64,000 nt of DNA from Cyanophyceae cyanobacterium (GCA_050331735.1 JBHJGN010000021.1:20918-84917), one strand, 5' to 3'; shown: positions 18,702 to 28,882, counted from the stretch's first letter. The notes: a model not told the origin generated them from the letters alone. Made by a program: numbers and translations.

Positions 18702-20546
18702 ATGATTTCGACCGCTAAAGCACCTCGTAACCATCGTCGGCAGAGCGATTGGCGACTGTTTTTAAAGCTTGTTCCTTACGCTCGCCGCAATCAGGGGTTG
18801 CTAGTTGTGGCGATGCTCCTGCTCATTCCGCTATCGGTAGCCGGAGTTGTACAACCCTTCCTGATTGGACAGGCACAATCACTCCTGCTGGAGGAACCCG
18901 TGTGGTTTTTCCTCGAAGACCGCTCCTTTATCGAAGGTCTCAATCTACTGGCCGGGATTTTTGCGCTGACTCTGCTGGTACGCCTCGTGACCGGTGCTGT
19001 GCAAGGATTTTTGGTGCAGAGAGTCGGACAGGAAATTACCGCAGGTATTCGAGAAGATTTGTTTACCCACGTGACTTCCCTGGCGGTACGCTTTTTTGAC
19101 CGTACGCCCGTTGGTCGCCTGATTACCCGCATTACTAGTGATGTAGAAGCGTTGGGAGATGTTTTTGCTACGGGTGCCATCGGCGTAATTAAGGATATCG
19201 CTTTTGTGTTAACCTTCGCCGTCGTTCTCTTCGTGGCGGAATGGAGGTTAGCCTCAATGCTTGTGGCGATGCTGGTGCCAGCAGGCGCTTTAATCGTGTA
19301 TTTTCAGCGCCAGTATCGGAAAGCAAACTATCGGGCGCGCGAGGAACTTTCGACCCTCAACTCCATGCTCCAGGAAAACGTGGCTGGCATTAATATCGTT
19401 CAGTTGTTCGGTCGAGAACGCTTTAACTCCGAGCTGTTTCGGAAGGTCAATACCCGCTATCGGGGCGAACTCGATAAGACCATTTTTCATGAATCTGCCG
19501 TTTCAGCGACTCTGGAGTGGTTTAGCCTAATTGCGATCGCTTTAGTATTGTGGATCGGCGGAGTTCTGGTACTCAGAGAAGACCTGGCTTCTGGAACTTT
19601 GACCACGTTTATCCTCTCGGCTCAGCGCCTGTTTGACCCCATCCGGCAGTTTGCCGACAAGCTCACGACTCTGCAATCGGGCTTTACCGCCATTGAACGC
19701 ATCGACGAGTTGATGAGCGAACCCATTGAAATTCAAGACCCAGAAACGCAAACTCTCGCTAAGTACGGTCGGCAATTGGGGACCGCAGAGCAGTGGGGAG
19801 ATGAGCCTGGTGTTCGGTCTGGAGAAATCCGCTTTGAGCACGTTTGGTTCGGCTACAAAGAGGATGAATACGTACTCAAAGATCTGAATTTTACTCTTCG
19901 TCCGGGAGAAAAGGTGGCTCTGGTTGGTCCTACCGGGGCCGGAAAAAGCTCGATTATTCGTCTTCTCTGTCGTCTCTATGAGCCAAACAAGGGCAGAATC
20001 TTAATCGACGGCATTGATATTCGAGATTTAGCGCAAGCCGAGTTACGCAAGTATGTCGGCGTCATTCTGCAAGAGAGCTTTCTCTTCGCTGGAGATGTGA
20101 AACGCAACATCACGTTAGGAGAAGATTACTCGTTAGCCGAGGTGGAAGAAGCGGCGCGACTGACTAATATTGACCGCTTTATCGAGCAGCTCCCTCAATC
20201 CTTCAGCACTCAGCTCCGAGAGCGGGGAGCCAACTTGTCTGGCGGTCAGAAACAGCTCCTAGCGTTTGCTCGCGTTGCCATTCGCTCTCCTCGGGTTTTA
20301 GTGCTAGATGAGGCCACGGCGAGTCTAGATGTGGGAACAGAGGCGCTGATTCAGGATGCTCTAGAGCATTTATTAGAAAATCGCACGGCCATTATTATTG
20401 CTCACCGACTGTCTACGATTCGCAATGTAGACAGAATTATCGTGCTCAAGCGGGGGGAAATTATTGAGTCTGGTTCCCATGAGGAGTTATTGCATCAAGA
20501 TGGACTGTATGCCAGTCTCTATCAGCTACAGATGTTAGGAACTTAA
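18702..20546 (+). CDS. ABC exporter, fused permease/ATPase (MsbA/MdlB-like)
   Basis: TM domain; GPTGAGKS; LSGGQKQ; VLDEATASLD; IAHRLST. Confidence 0.95.
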   Translation: MISTAKAPRNHRRQSDWRLFLKLVPYARRNQGLLVVAMLLLIPLSVAGVVQPFLIGQAQSLLLEEPVWFFLEDRSFIEGLNLLAGIFALTLLVRLVTGAVQGFLVQRVGQEITAGIREDLFTHVTSLAVRFFDRTPVGRLITRITSDVEALGDVFATGAIGVIKDIAFVLTFAVVLFVAEWRLASMLVAMLVPAGALIVYFQRQYRKANYRAREELSTLNSMLQENVAGINIVQLFGRERFNSELFRKVNTRYRGELDKTIFHESAVSATLEWFSLIAIALVLWIGGVLVLREDLASGTLTTFILSAQRLFDPIRQFADKLTTLQSGFTAIERIDELMSEPIEIQDPETQTLAKYGRQLGTAEQWGDEPGVRSGEIRFEHVWFGYKEDEYVLKDLNFTLRPGEKVALVGPTGAGKSSIIRLLCRLYEPNKGRILIDGIDIRDLAQAELRKYVGVILQESFLFAGDVKRNITLGEDYSLAEVEEAARLTNIDRFIEQLPQSFSTQLRERGANLSGGQKQLLAFARVAIRSPRVLVLDEATASLDVGTEALIQDALEHLLENRTAIIIAHRLSTIRNVDRIIVLKRGEIIESGSHEELLHQDGLYASLYQLQMLGT

Positions 20547-20631
20547 ACGACAACAGCAGAAATGGCTGAGGTCGCAGGTGTTTGTTGAGCCATTGCAGTC
20601 CCTACCACTACATATTTTGTGCCTCTTAACA

Positions 20632-21033
20632 ATGATTCAGATTACTCGTGAAGAAAAAGCGCAGCTTCTAGAAACAGCTCGTAGCGCCCTCACGAAAGCC
20701 TATGCTCCTTATTCTAATTTTCGAGTAGGAGCGGCACTGCTGACCGAACAGGGCAACCTCTATGCTGGCTGTAATATTGAAAATAGCTCCTACGGACTGA
20801 CTTTGTGTGCAGAGAGAAGTGCGATCGCCTCTGCCATCGTTAGTGAAGGGTCAGCCATGAAAATCCGCGCGATCGCCATTGTCAACGCTTCCCAGGTTGC
20901 CTGTTCCCCCTGTGGCGCTTGTCGTCAGGTGATAGCCGAATTTGGAGCCGACGCAGTGATTCTGTTCCAGGGAGAGCAAGCAATCCTCGAAAAGTCGATC
21001 AAAGACCTGCTACCAGCAGCCTTTGTCCTCTAA
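20632..21033 (+). CDS. cdd: Cytidine deaminase (homotetrameric type)
   Basis: AYAPYSNFRVGAA, GCNIENSSYGLTLCAERSA, PCGACRQ. Confidence 0.93.
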   Translation: MIQITREEKAQLLETARSALTKAYAPYSNFRVGAALLTEQGNLYAGCNIENSSYGLTLCAERSAIASAIVSEGSAMKIRAIAIVNASQVACSPCGACRQVIAEFGADAVILFQGEQAILEKSIKDLLPAAFVL

Positions 21034-21060
21034 CTTTTAACGTGTCACACGACCATCAAT

Positions 21061-21086
21061 CCCCTTTACCCCTTACCCTTGTCCCT
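21061..21086 (-). repeat. G-rich heptamer array without hairpin
   Basis: + strand CCCCTTT ACCCCTT ACCCTTG TCCCT. Confidence 0.5.
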
Positions 21087-21190
21087 CATTTTTCATTTTT
21101 GTCTATTCGTTACTTTCTGAGGTAAAATTTCCTGATCTACAGATATCCTGGTAGCTAGATAAAGCTGTACAAATTGTTCTCAAGAGACCG

Positions 21191-22009
21191 ATGAAATCTT
21201 ATCTTGCTGCCGCCGTTCAAATGACCAGTACTCCCGACTTAGAGAAAAATCTCAACGAGGCAGAAGAATTGGTAGAACTTGCTGTACGTCGGGGAGCAGA
21301 ACTCGTGGGATTGCCGGAAAATTTTCCGTTTCTAGGCAAAGAAGAAGATAAGCTAGCTCAGGCTGCGGTCATCTCTGAGAAAACCGAAAAATTCCTGAAA
21401 ACAATTGCGCAGCGGTTTCAGATTACTCTTTTGGGAGGTGGCTTTCCGGGAATCGTGCCGGAAGACGCCCATCGTGTTTACAATACGGCAGTGTTGCTCG
21501 ACCCAAGCGGAACTGAATTAGCCCGTTACCAAAAGGTCCATCTGTTTGATGTCAACGTGCCAGATGGGAATACCTACCGAGAATCGCGAACGGTTCAGTC
21601 TGGCAGCGTTTTACCTCCGATCTATGCTTCTAAGCATCTCGGGATTATTGGCATTTCCATTTGCTACGATGTTCGCTTTCCAGAACTCTACCGCCACCTC
21701 TCTGACAAAGGAGCGGATGTCTTGTGCATTCCTGCCGCTTTCACCGCCTTTACGGGCAAAGATCACTGGCAGGTACTGCTACAAGCCAGAGCGATTGAAA
21801 ACACCTGCTACGTCATTGCGCCAGCTCAAACCGGCAATCACTACGAAAGACGCTATACCTACGGTCACGCCATGATTATCGATCCCTGGGGAGTCATTTT
21901 AGCCGATGCCGGAGATCGACCAGGAGTAGCGATCGCCGAAATTAGCCCCCTGCGCCTAGAGCAAGTTCGGCGACAGATGCCTTCTTTACAGCATCGAGTG
22001 TTTGTTTAA
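21191..22009 (+). CDS. Carbon-nitrogen hydrolase (Nit1/deaminated glutathione amidase-like)
   Basis: E-K-C triad: LPEN, YQKVHLFD, ICYDVRFPELYR; ARAIEN. Confidence 0.9.
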   Translation: MKSYLAAAVQMTSTPDLEKNLNEAEELVELAVRRGAELVGLPENFPFLGKEEDKLAQAAVISEKTEKFLKTIAQRFQITLLGGGFPGIVPEDAHRVYNTAVLLDPSGTELARYQKVHLFDVNVPDGNTYRESRTVQSGSVLPPIYASKHLGIIGISICYDVRFPELYRHLSDKGADVLCIPAAFTAFTGKDHWQVLLQARAIENTCYVIAPAQTGNHYERRYTYGHAMIIDPWGVILADAGDRPGVAIAEISPLRLEQVRRQMPSLQHRVFV

Positions 22010-22082
22010 TTCTGCGGGAATACTAACGACCGAATTTTGCCAGAAGGGTAAGTAATCGCTAAAAAGTAAGCTTGAAAAGACT

Positions 22083-22787
22083 ATGGTGCAATCTGACCCT
22101 ATATACTTACCTCAAGGAGACGAACTACCTAGTTCTGATGGTCTGCCAGTGGACAATGAACTACACATTCTCGTGCCAAATCTGCTGAGCTTCATTCTCG
22201 GTTTTATTTGGGCAAACCGTTGGGACTGGTACTTTGGCGTTAATATGGGCATTTACTATGCTACTGGGGTTAATCCGAGAGTACCAATTGTCCCGGATGC
22301 TTTTCTAAGCTTGGGAGTTGAACGAATTAAAAGGAATCGATTGCGGGAAAGCTATGTTGTCTGGGAAGAAAACGATGTTGCCCCTATTTTTGCTCTAGAA
22401 GTTGTTTCTAAAACTCCGGGGGGTGAGTACGAGCAAAAAATGGCTCGGTACGCTCAACTGGGAGTACTGTATCTCGTCATTTACAACCCCGATTACTGGC
22501 AGCGAGATAGAAGAGAACCTTTTGAAGCTTATTGTCTAGTAGAGGGAGAGTATCAGCGACGGTTGGGGGAACCGTTCTGGATGAGTGAAGTTGGATTAGG
22601 CATTGGTAGAGACATAGGCACTCACAAAGGATTGCAAAAAGAGTGGCTCTACTGGTTTGACGAACAGAATAATCGCTATAGCTCTCCAGAAGATGTAGCA
22701 AGAGATGAACGGCAGCAGCGGGAAGAATTAGAAATGCTGCTTAACCGCTACCGAGAGCGATTTGGTGAACTGCCGGAGCAAGAATAA
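22083..22787 (+). CDS. Uma2-family PD-(D/E)XK endonuclease-like protein
   Basis: ELPSSDGLPVDNE, IVPDAF, SYVVWEE, ALEVVS...YEQKMARYAQLGV. Confidence 0.9.
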   Translation: MVQSDPIYLPQGDELPSSDGLPVDNELHILVPNLLSFILGFIWANRWDWYFGVNMGIYYATGVNPRVPIVPDAFLSLGVERIKRNRLRESYVVWEENDVAPIFALEVVSKTPGGEYEQKMARYAQLGVLYLVIYNPDYWQRDRREPFEAYCLVEGEYQRRLGEPFWMSEVGLGIGRDIGTHKGLQKEWLYWFDEQNNRYSSPEDVARDERQQREELEMLLNRYRERFGELPEQE

Positions 22788-22797
22788 GCAGCTCAAA

Positions 22798-22819
22798 TTG
22801 AGCTGGCTCAAAGCAGCCG
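22798..22819 (+). repeat. 22-nt dispersed repeat, copy 1
   Basis: TTGAGCTGGCTCAAAGCAGCCG, identical to 59818-59839. Confidence 0.7.
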
Positions 22820-22877
22820 CCGGAATCTTATCGAAGCGATCGCTCAGATCTCGTCGAGGTAGCCCTAATTCCTTGCC

Positions 22878-22905
22878 AAAAAGAGGGGTAGCAAGCAGCT
22901 ACCCC
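22878..22905 (-). terminator. fbaA terminator
   Basis: Minus strand GGGGTAGC-N5-GCTACCCC-TCTTTTT. Confidence 0.75.
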
Positions 22906-22944
22906 AACATTTTAATTAGCTGAACGAGGCCTGTCTATCAACGC

Positions 22945-24024
22945 TTACACCGATACAGCCTTCTTAGTAGACGCATCCAACTCGCCCTTGGCATACTTAG
23001 CGGCATAGTCTTCAAGAGTCATTTGCTTGATCTTGCTGGCGTTGCCTGCCGTCCCAAATGCCTCGTAGCGATCCAGGCACACTTGCTTCATGTACTTGAT
23101 CGAAGGCTTGAGGAAGTGGCGAGGATCGAAGTTAGACGGATCTTTAGCAGCCGCTTCACGGATAGCCGCGGTAATTGCCAAGCGGTTGTCGGTATCAATG
23201 TTAACCTTGCGAACGCCGCTCTTAATCCCTTTCTGAATTTCTTCAACGGGAACACCATAGGTTTCAGGGATCTCACCGCCGTACTGGTTGATCATGTCCA
23301 GCCACTCCTGGGGAACAGAAGAAGAACCGTGCATCACCAGGTGAGTGTTGGGCAGACGACCGTGAATTTCTTCAATGCGGCTAATAGCGAGAATTTCGCC
23401 AGTCGGCTTACGAGTAAACTTATAGGCTCCGTGGCTGGTGCCAATGGCAACGGCTAAAGCATCTACCTGAGTTCGCTCGACAAACTCAACAGCTTCGTCT
23501 GGGTCGGTGAGCAGTTGCTCTTTGCTGAGCGTTCCTTCAAAACCGTGTCCATCTTCTTTATCACCCTTCATGGTTTCCAAAGAACCGAGGCAACCGAGTT
23601 CCCCTTCAACGCTAGCGCCTACGGCATGAGCAACTTTGACTACCTCAGCCGTTACGTTAACGTTGTACTCAAAGCTAGCTGGAGTTTTGGCATCTGCCTC
23701 CAGAGAGCCGTCCATCATTACGCTAGTAAAGCCGTTGCGAATCGCAGAATAGCAGGTAGCCGGACTGTTACCGTGGTCCTGGTGCATGGCGATGGGAATG
23801 TGAGGGTATGATTCCACCGCTGCCATAATCAAGTGACGCAGGAAGTTTTCGCCTGCATACTTACGGGCACCGCGAGAAGCTTGTAAGATAACGGGACTGT
23901 TTGCTTCCTCAGCAGCCTGCATAATGGAGATAATCTGCTCCATGTTGTTGACGTTAAATGCAGGAATACCGTAGTTTTCCTCAGCCGCGTGATCTAGAAG
24001 CAGCCGCATAGGTACGAGCGCCAT
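22945..24024 (-). CDS. fbaA: Class II fructose-bisphosphate aldolase (Calvin cycle)
   Basis: [44 protein letters not shown]. Confidence 0.97.
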   Translation of the reverse strand: MALVPMRLLLDHAAEENYGIPAFNVNNMEQIISIMQAAEEANSPVILQASRGARKYAGENFLRHLIMAAVESYPHIPIAMHQDHGNSPATCYSAIRNGFTSVMMDGSLEADAKTPASFEYNVNVTAEVVKVAHAVGASVEGELGCLGSLETMKGDKEDGHGFEGTLSKEQLLTDPDEAVEFVERTQVDALAVAIGTSHGAYKFTRKPTGEILAISRIEEIHGRLPNTHLVMHGSSSVPQEWLDMINQYGGEIPETYGVPVEEIQKGIKSGVRKVNIDTDNRLAITAAIREAAAKDPSNFDPRHFLKPSIKYMKQVCLDRYEAFGTAGNASKIKQMTLEDYAAKYAKGELDASTKKAVSV

Positions 24025-24458
24025 AGATATTCTCCTAGTTATTTCTTTCTAGTTGTTAAGAAAATTAGCTTTCTTATTTGTCAATCTTAAGATAAATTGC
24101 TGCCTTTGACTCATCGATTTTTCCTGAGCCTGAGACTTTGCCAGCAATTCCAACAGAAATTGAGTAATTCAGTATCGTTTAATACATTTAGGAGTGATGG
24201 CTGCTCACGTCCACTTTTTCAGGCTCAATTGCTAATATATTTCAATTGCTGCGTCAGCATAAGCTGTTGAATACTCAACAAAAACTCTAAGCTTGAGACG
24301 CAGAAAGCGTTATCTTCTCTAGCTTTTCGTTGTTCATCGTTAACAGACCAATTCCTCGATCGATTTGACAAGCCTCCCATTTTTTTGCAAAATCTTGTTA
24401 AGAACGTTCGATAAATATTAGAACTATATACAAACATACAGAGGAGAGATAAAAAACA

Positions 24459-25499
24459 ATGAATCAGTATGCAGAAGAATTACGCTCTACCGCCAAAGCA
24501 ATGGTAGCTCCGGGTAGAGGCATCTTAGCTATGGACGAGAGCAACAGTACCTGCAATAAACGCTTTTCTGCCAATGGGATCGACACCACCGAAGACAAAC
24601 GGCGAGATTATCGAGAGCTAATTTTGAAGGCTCCTCAGTTAAGTAACTATATCAGCGGCGCGATTTTATACGATGAGACGATTCGCCAGTCTACAAGAGA
24701 TGGGGTTCCCCTAACCCAGGTGATGAAGGAGGCCGGAATCATTATTGGCATTAAAGTAGATATGAAAGCCAAAGATTTGGCCATGTGTCCCGGTGAGAAA
24801 GTCACCGAAGGGCTCGATGGATTGCGCGATCGCATTGCAGAATACTACGAAATGGGAGCACGATTTGCCAAGTGGCGGGCTGTAATTGCCATCGGTGATG
24901 GTATTCCCAGCCGCACCTGTATTGAAGCCAATGCCCATGCCTTAGCGCGCTACGCGGCGTTATGTCAAGAAGGGGGCTTAGTGCCTATCGTTGAGCCAGA
25001 AGTTCTGATCAACGGCGACCACACCATCGAGCGCTGCTATGAAGTCACCGATGAAACCCTTCATGCCGTCTTCAACGAGCTTTACCGCCAGCGAGTCGAG
25101 TTTGACCAGATGATTCTCAAGCCTAGCATGGTCATTTCCGGACAAGACTGCCCAACCCAGGCAAGCGTTGAAGAAGTAGCCGATGCGACTATCAAGTGCT
25201 TACTCAAAAACGTGCCAGCTAGCGTTACTGGGATTGCCTTCCTCTCCGGCGGACAGTCAGAAGAACAGGCAACGGCCCATCTCAACCAAATGAACGCTAA
25301 GTATGGCGACACGCTTCCCTGGCGCGTCACCTTCTCCTACGCTCGCGCCATTCAGCAGCCTGCCCTCAATCACTGGAAAGGTGAAGACTCTAACGTTGAG
25401 CAGGCGCAGAAGCTGCTGGTAGAGCGGGCTAAACTGAACGGCGCTGCCAGTCAAGGCGAATATACAGCGGACATGGAGAAAGAGCCAGCACTGGTCTAG
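24459..25499 (+). CDS. Class I fructose-bisphosphate aldolase (eukaryote-like class I type)
   Basis: GILAMDES, ILYDET, FAKWR, VPIVEPEV, ILKPSMV (Schiff-base Lys), FLSGGQS, FSYARA; GAGGAG RBS. Confidence 0.95.
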   Translation: MNQYAEELRSTAKAMVAPGRGILAMDESNSTCNKRFSANGIDTTEDKRRDYRELILKAPQLSNYISGAILYDETIRQSTRDGVPLTQVMKEAGIIIGIKVDMKAKDLAMCPGEKVTEGLDGLRDRIAEYYEMGARFAKWRAVIAIGDGIPSRTCIEANAHALARYAALCQEGGLVPIVEPEVLINGDHTIERCYEVTDETLHAVFNELYRQRVEFDQMILKPSMVISGQDCPTQASVEEVADATIKCLLKNVPASVTGIAFLSGGQSEEQATAHLNQMNAKYGDTLPWRVTFSYARAIQQPALNHWKGEDSNVEQAQKLLVERAKLNGAASQGEYTADMEKEPALV

Positions 25500-25725
25500 T
25501 TTCTGCTTTGACTAAATAGACACTTTCACCCTAGGTTGGTAACTACGCTTTCCTAGGTTTTTTAGGAAGGAGCAAATGCTGGAATAATATGAAATCCTGT
25601 AGCTATTGTTTTTGAGGAAGTGAATTAAAGAGGTGTGCTTCTCGATACTCTGCAACTACTGACTGCTTGGACTTAGAGAGAGGAATTTGATCTATCTCGT
25701 CCCTATACTCAGGCTTTCTCCTTAT

Positions 25726-26751
25726 TTAATCAAAATCTGTATACTGAGGCGGGCTATCTCCGACTCGGTTGCTAATTATGGGGTACTTCCCTGGTGGCGT
25801 TTGCTCTACAATATCTACAACATTGATCTGATGCCACCAATCATCACCGAAGTCAAACCAATATCCAAACACTTCATTCACAGCTAGATCTAAAGAAGCG
25901 ATCGCCGTACTTGCGACATCACCCGTCAGGGCTTCTGCTTCAGATGGAGCAGCTCGTTTCACCCCGTAGCGTTTAGCGTTCGGGTCGTGCGGTCCTTGTC
26001 CTTTAAGCTGAAATTCATACAGGTGTTCTTCCCTACGGTCAAACGCTTGAAAGATAGTTTTGTGCAAATCTGCCAGGGTGCTGCGGCCCTTCATTTCTAT
26101 CGTGCGAGATACCACTGGATTGTTGGCAATAAAGGCTTCTGTAAGCGGGCCGTCTAGTAAGTAAACGTCGAAGACGTATAGAGTATCTGGAGATGCCTTA
26201 ACGGCTGGCTTTTGACTTGGTTCCGACGCTGCCGCCTGCTCACTAGTATCTGGAATATAAGGAATCAATCCCTGATTATAAGCAAATTCCTGAAGCTCAC
26301 GGGAAGCCGAACGAGTATCAACGACCATGCCATTGAGCGAAATCAACCAGGCGAGAGGATTCTCGTCCATTTTACTAGGCAAACACCACTCCGGGTCCAT
26401 TTGATGCATTTCTAGAATATCTCGCACCAGTTTTGACTTGGTCTGTCCGGTACTGGAACTGACCCCAAATTCCTGATAGAGATTTTTGGCGCTGATATGA
26501 GGATCTTGGGATGGGTCAAAGAGAAAATTGACCATTCCAACGGCATGGGTAATACCGCACGCCCAGGTTCTATCCCGACCCTTAGCTAGTGGCGACGGTC
26601 GCTGGCGACAGAGGGCGGCTGTAGCATACCGAATCAACTGAGCATACTCATCATTTAAATATTGCTGGCAAAAGTCGTCTGTGATGGTGACGATCCCATC
26701 AAACTTGTCTTGCATCGCCTCGGGGACGCTTTCTGATTGAGATTTAGCCAT
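25726..26751 (-). CDS. Two-domain protein: DUF6398-like N-terminus + plasmid pRiA4b ORF3 (IS1096 TnpR-like) C-terminus
   Basis: N: FCQQYLNDEY..LCRQRPSPL..WACGI..NFLFDPS; C: TLADLHKTIFQAFDR.EEHLYEF, YWFDFGDDWWH, VGDSPPQY. Confidence 0.75.
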   Translation of the reverse strand: MAKSQSESVPEAMQDKFDGIVTITDDFCQQYLNDEYAQLIRYATAALCRQRPSPLAKGRDRTWACGITHAVGMVNFLFDPSQDPHISAKNLYQEFGVSSSTGQTKSKLVRDILEMHQMDPEWCLPSKMDENPLAWLISLNGMVVDTRSASRELQEFAYNQGLIPYIPDTSEQAAASEPSQKPAVKASPDTLYVFDVYLLDGPLTEAFIANNPVVSRTIEMKGRSTLADLHKTIFQAFDRREEHLYEFQLKGQGPHDPNAKRYGVKRAAPSEAEALTGDVASTAIASLDLAVNEVFGYWFDFGDDWWHQINVVDIVEQTPPGKYPIISNRVGDSPPQYTDFD

Positions 26752-27078
26752 ATCTGCGTTTAGCCAAGCTCATTTCTGACCGTTGCTTTAGATCTTATCG
26801 TTTAAACTGAGTAGGCGATCACGTCTCGGCTAAATTTTGCCTTAAATTCATTTTCTGAGTCGAGAATCAGAATCATTGCATTCAAGGATAGTTGCTCCTT
26901 TCCCATTGCTCTTCTATGCGTACGTCTCGAAAATTCCTCGCCTCTTGTTTAAACGATCGAAAACATGATGAAGCAGGAAACGATACAGTTGACGGAGTTG
27001 GCAATGATGTTTTCTTCAATACTTCCAGCTCAATTAAAAGAAACTATCATCTGATCAGTGTTAGATAAGGCCAGAAAA

Positions 27079-27456
27079 ATGAGATTAGCAGTCATTGCCC
27101 ATGACGGAAAAAAGGCTGAAATGGTCGCCTTTCTCAATAAACACATGAATTTCCTAGACGCCGTGGGGACAGATATTGTCGCCACCGGGACAACTGGTAA
27201 ACATGCACAAGATGCAGGCCTAGAAGTTGAGCGGTTGCTTTCTGGTCCCCTGGGAGGCGATGCTCAAATTGCAGCTTTAGTCGCCGAACAGAAAGTAGAA
27301 ATGGTCATCTTCTTTCGAGATCCGTTGGGGAAACATCCCCATGAGCCAGACGTCCAGATGTTAATGCGGGTATGCGATGTTCACAACGTTCCTTTAGCGA
27401 CCAATCCGGCTACAGCGGCAATGCTTCTACACGGTTGCGCTAAAAAGCTACAGTAA
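27079..27456 (+). CDS. mgsA: Methylglyoxal synthase, stand-alone
   Basis: IAHDGKK, ATGTTG, LSGPLGGDAQI, FFRDPL, HEPD, PLATN. Confidence 0.95.
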   Translation: MRLAVIAHDGKKAEMVAFLNKHMNFLDAVGTDIVATGTTGKHAQDAGLEVERLLSGPLGGDAQIAALVAEQKVEMVIFFRDPLGKHPHEPDVQMLMRVCDVHNVPLATNPATAAMLLHGCAKKLQ

Positions 27457-27591
27457 AGCTTAAATCCCTCTCTTGTGTTCTCTTTAAGAGAATGCTATAT
27501 TTTAAAACCATAAAATCTCCTTGGGAAGTTAAGGGAATGGTTACAGATTGACTGGCCCCCTCAGTGTTGCTGCGCGGAGATTGTTTAAGAG

Positions 27592-28374
27592 TTGAGCGAT
27601 CAAAACAAAAAGACTTATCAATCTGCCAGTATTGTTCGTTACTATACCCAACTAAAAAGGCTTCAGCCAGCAGAACAGGCCATACTCGCTCGTTTCAAAG
27701 AGCAACTCCCCTGCCTGAAGATGTTAGATATTGGTGTAGGTGGAGGACGCACGACTCATCACTTTGCCCCCCTAGTCAGAGACTATACTGGGATCGATTA
27801 CTCTGCTGAAATGGTTGCAGCTTGCCAGCAACGGTTTTCGCCATCTCCCTATTCTATGACTTTAGAAGTAGGGGATGCTAGAAACATGAAGCAATTTGCA
27901 GACAATACCTTTGACTTTGTTTTATTTAGCTTCAACGGCATTGACTACGTTTCTCACGGCGATCGCCTCCAAATTCTCCGAGAAATTCACCGAGTTGGCA
28001 AACCTGGTGGTTACTTCTTCTTTTCAAGCCATAATCTTCAGGGGATTGCTCAAGAGTTTGGCTACAGGACAAAAATTAGGTTAAATCCTTTTAAAAGCTA
28101 TGTCAATCTTGTAATGCTAGCTTTACTGAAATTATTTAACCCGGCTATTAGCCGCGATCGTCTAGAAACCGCTGACTACTTAATAATTAAAGACGAACCC
28201 CACAACTTCCGACTTCTCAATTACTATATTCGACCAACAGCACAAATTAACCAATTAGCATTAAACTTCAATAGCATTGAAGTCTATTCGTGGCAAAGCG
28301 GCAGAAGACTAGACATCAACGAGCTATCTACCAACACCGATATGTGGCTTTATTATCTCTGCGTTTTTAATTGA
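27592..28374 (+). CDS. Class I SAM-dependent methyltransferase
   Basis: LDIGVGGGRTT, GIDYS, GDAR, FSFNGIDY, KPGG. Confidence 0.88.
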   Translation: MSDQNKKTYQSASIVRYYTQLKRLQPAEQAILARFKEQLPCLKMLDIGVGGGRTTHHFAPLVRDYTGIDYSAEMVAACQQRFSPSPYSMTLEVGDARNMKQFADNTFDFVLFSFNGIDYVSHGDRLQILREIHRVGKPGGYFFFSSHNLQGIAQEFGYRTKIRLNPFKSYVNLVMLALLKLFNPAISRDRLETADYLIIKDEPHNFRLLNYYIRPTAQINQLALNFNSIEVYSWQSGRRLDINELSTNTDMWLYYLCVFN

Positions 28375-28546
28375 GGTCAATTTAAGGGCGATCGCTCTAA
28401 AGTTTTGCCAGATTTAATTTACGGTCCAGGTCAACTACATTCTGTCTACAGCAAATACACATTTGTATCGAGAGCAAAAGAATTTAAAACCAAGTCGCCG
28501 AAACTACATCTATTCATAGGGAACCAATTCACGCAGTATTTGGGTT

Positions 28547-28661
28547 CAGCAAAGGCTTTCAAGGGTATGTCAAGCGCCTTTCGCCGCACTCTTTATGAAG
28601 AAGAAACGATGAAAATAATATTGAAATATATCCCGACGGCAGATGGAGGTATGTACAATGA
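28547..28661 (+). pseudogene. Remnant of a DUF6888-like small gene
   Basis: QQRLSRVCQ in one frame and RNDENNIEIYPDGRWRYVQ* in another; TGA overlaps next ATG (ATGA). Confidence 0.45.
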
Positions 28662-28882
28662 AAAAACCTAATTTTCGGGCAATGAACCCAAAGGCTCTAC
28701 AAGCCTATGTTTTGGCTCACCGAGATGACAAAGAAGCATTGTATGCCTACGTAGACAAACTGTACGCTGAGGCAAATTGGATTGAAATGCCCCCCTTAAA
28801 ATTTCTAGAGGATTTGAACAATTATCCTGAGTTTGTTGAGCATGTTCGTCATGGTACGGGGCTGGGAAATGATCCCGTCTAG
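28658..28882 (+). CDS. DUF6887-like small protein
   Basis: KPNFRAMN..LQAYVLAHRDD.EA.Y motif recalled from a cyanobacterial family. Confidence 0.7.
   Translation: MKKPNFRAMNPKALQAYVLAHRDDKEALYAYVDKLYAEANWIEMPPLKFLEDLNNYPEFVEHVRHGTGLGNDPV

Noticed and set aside
26965..27054. 29-codon ORF upstream of mgsA as a leader peptide
   Set aside because: No RBS, attenuator or informative composition.
28405..28671. 88-aa ORF
   Set aside because: No recognisable motif; overlaps the better-supported pseudogene fragments in other frames.
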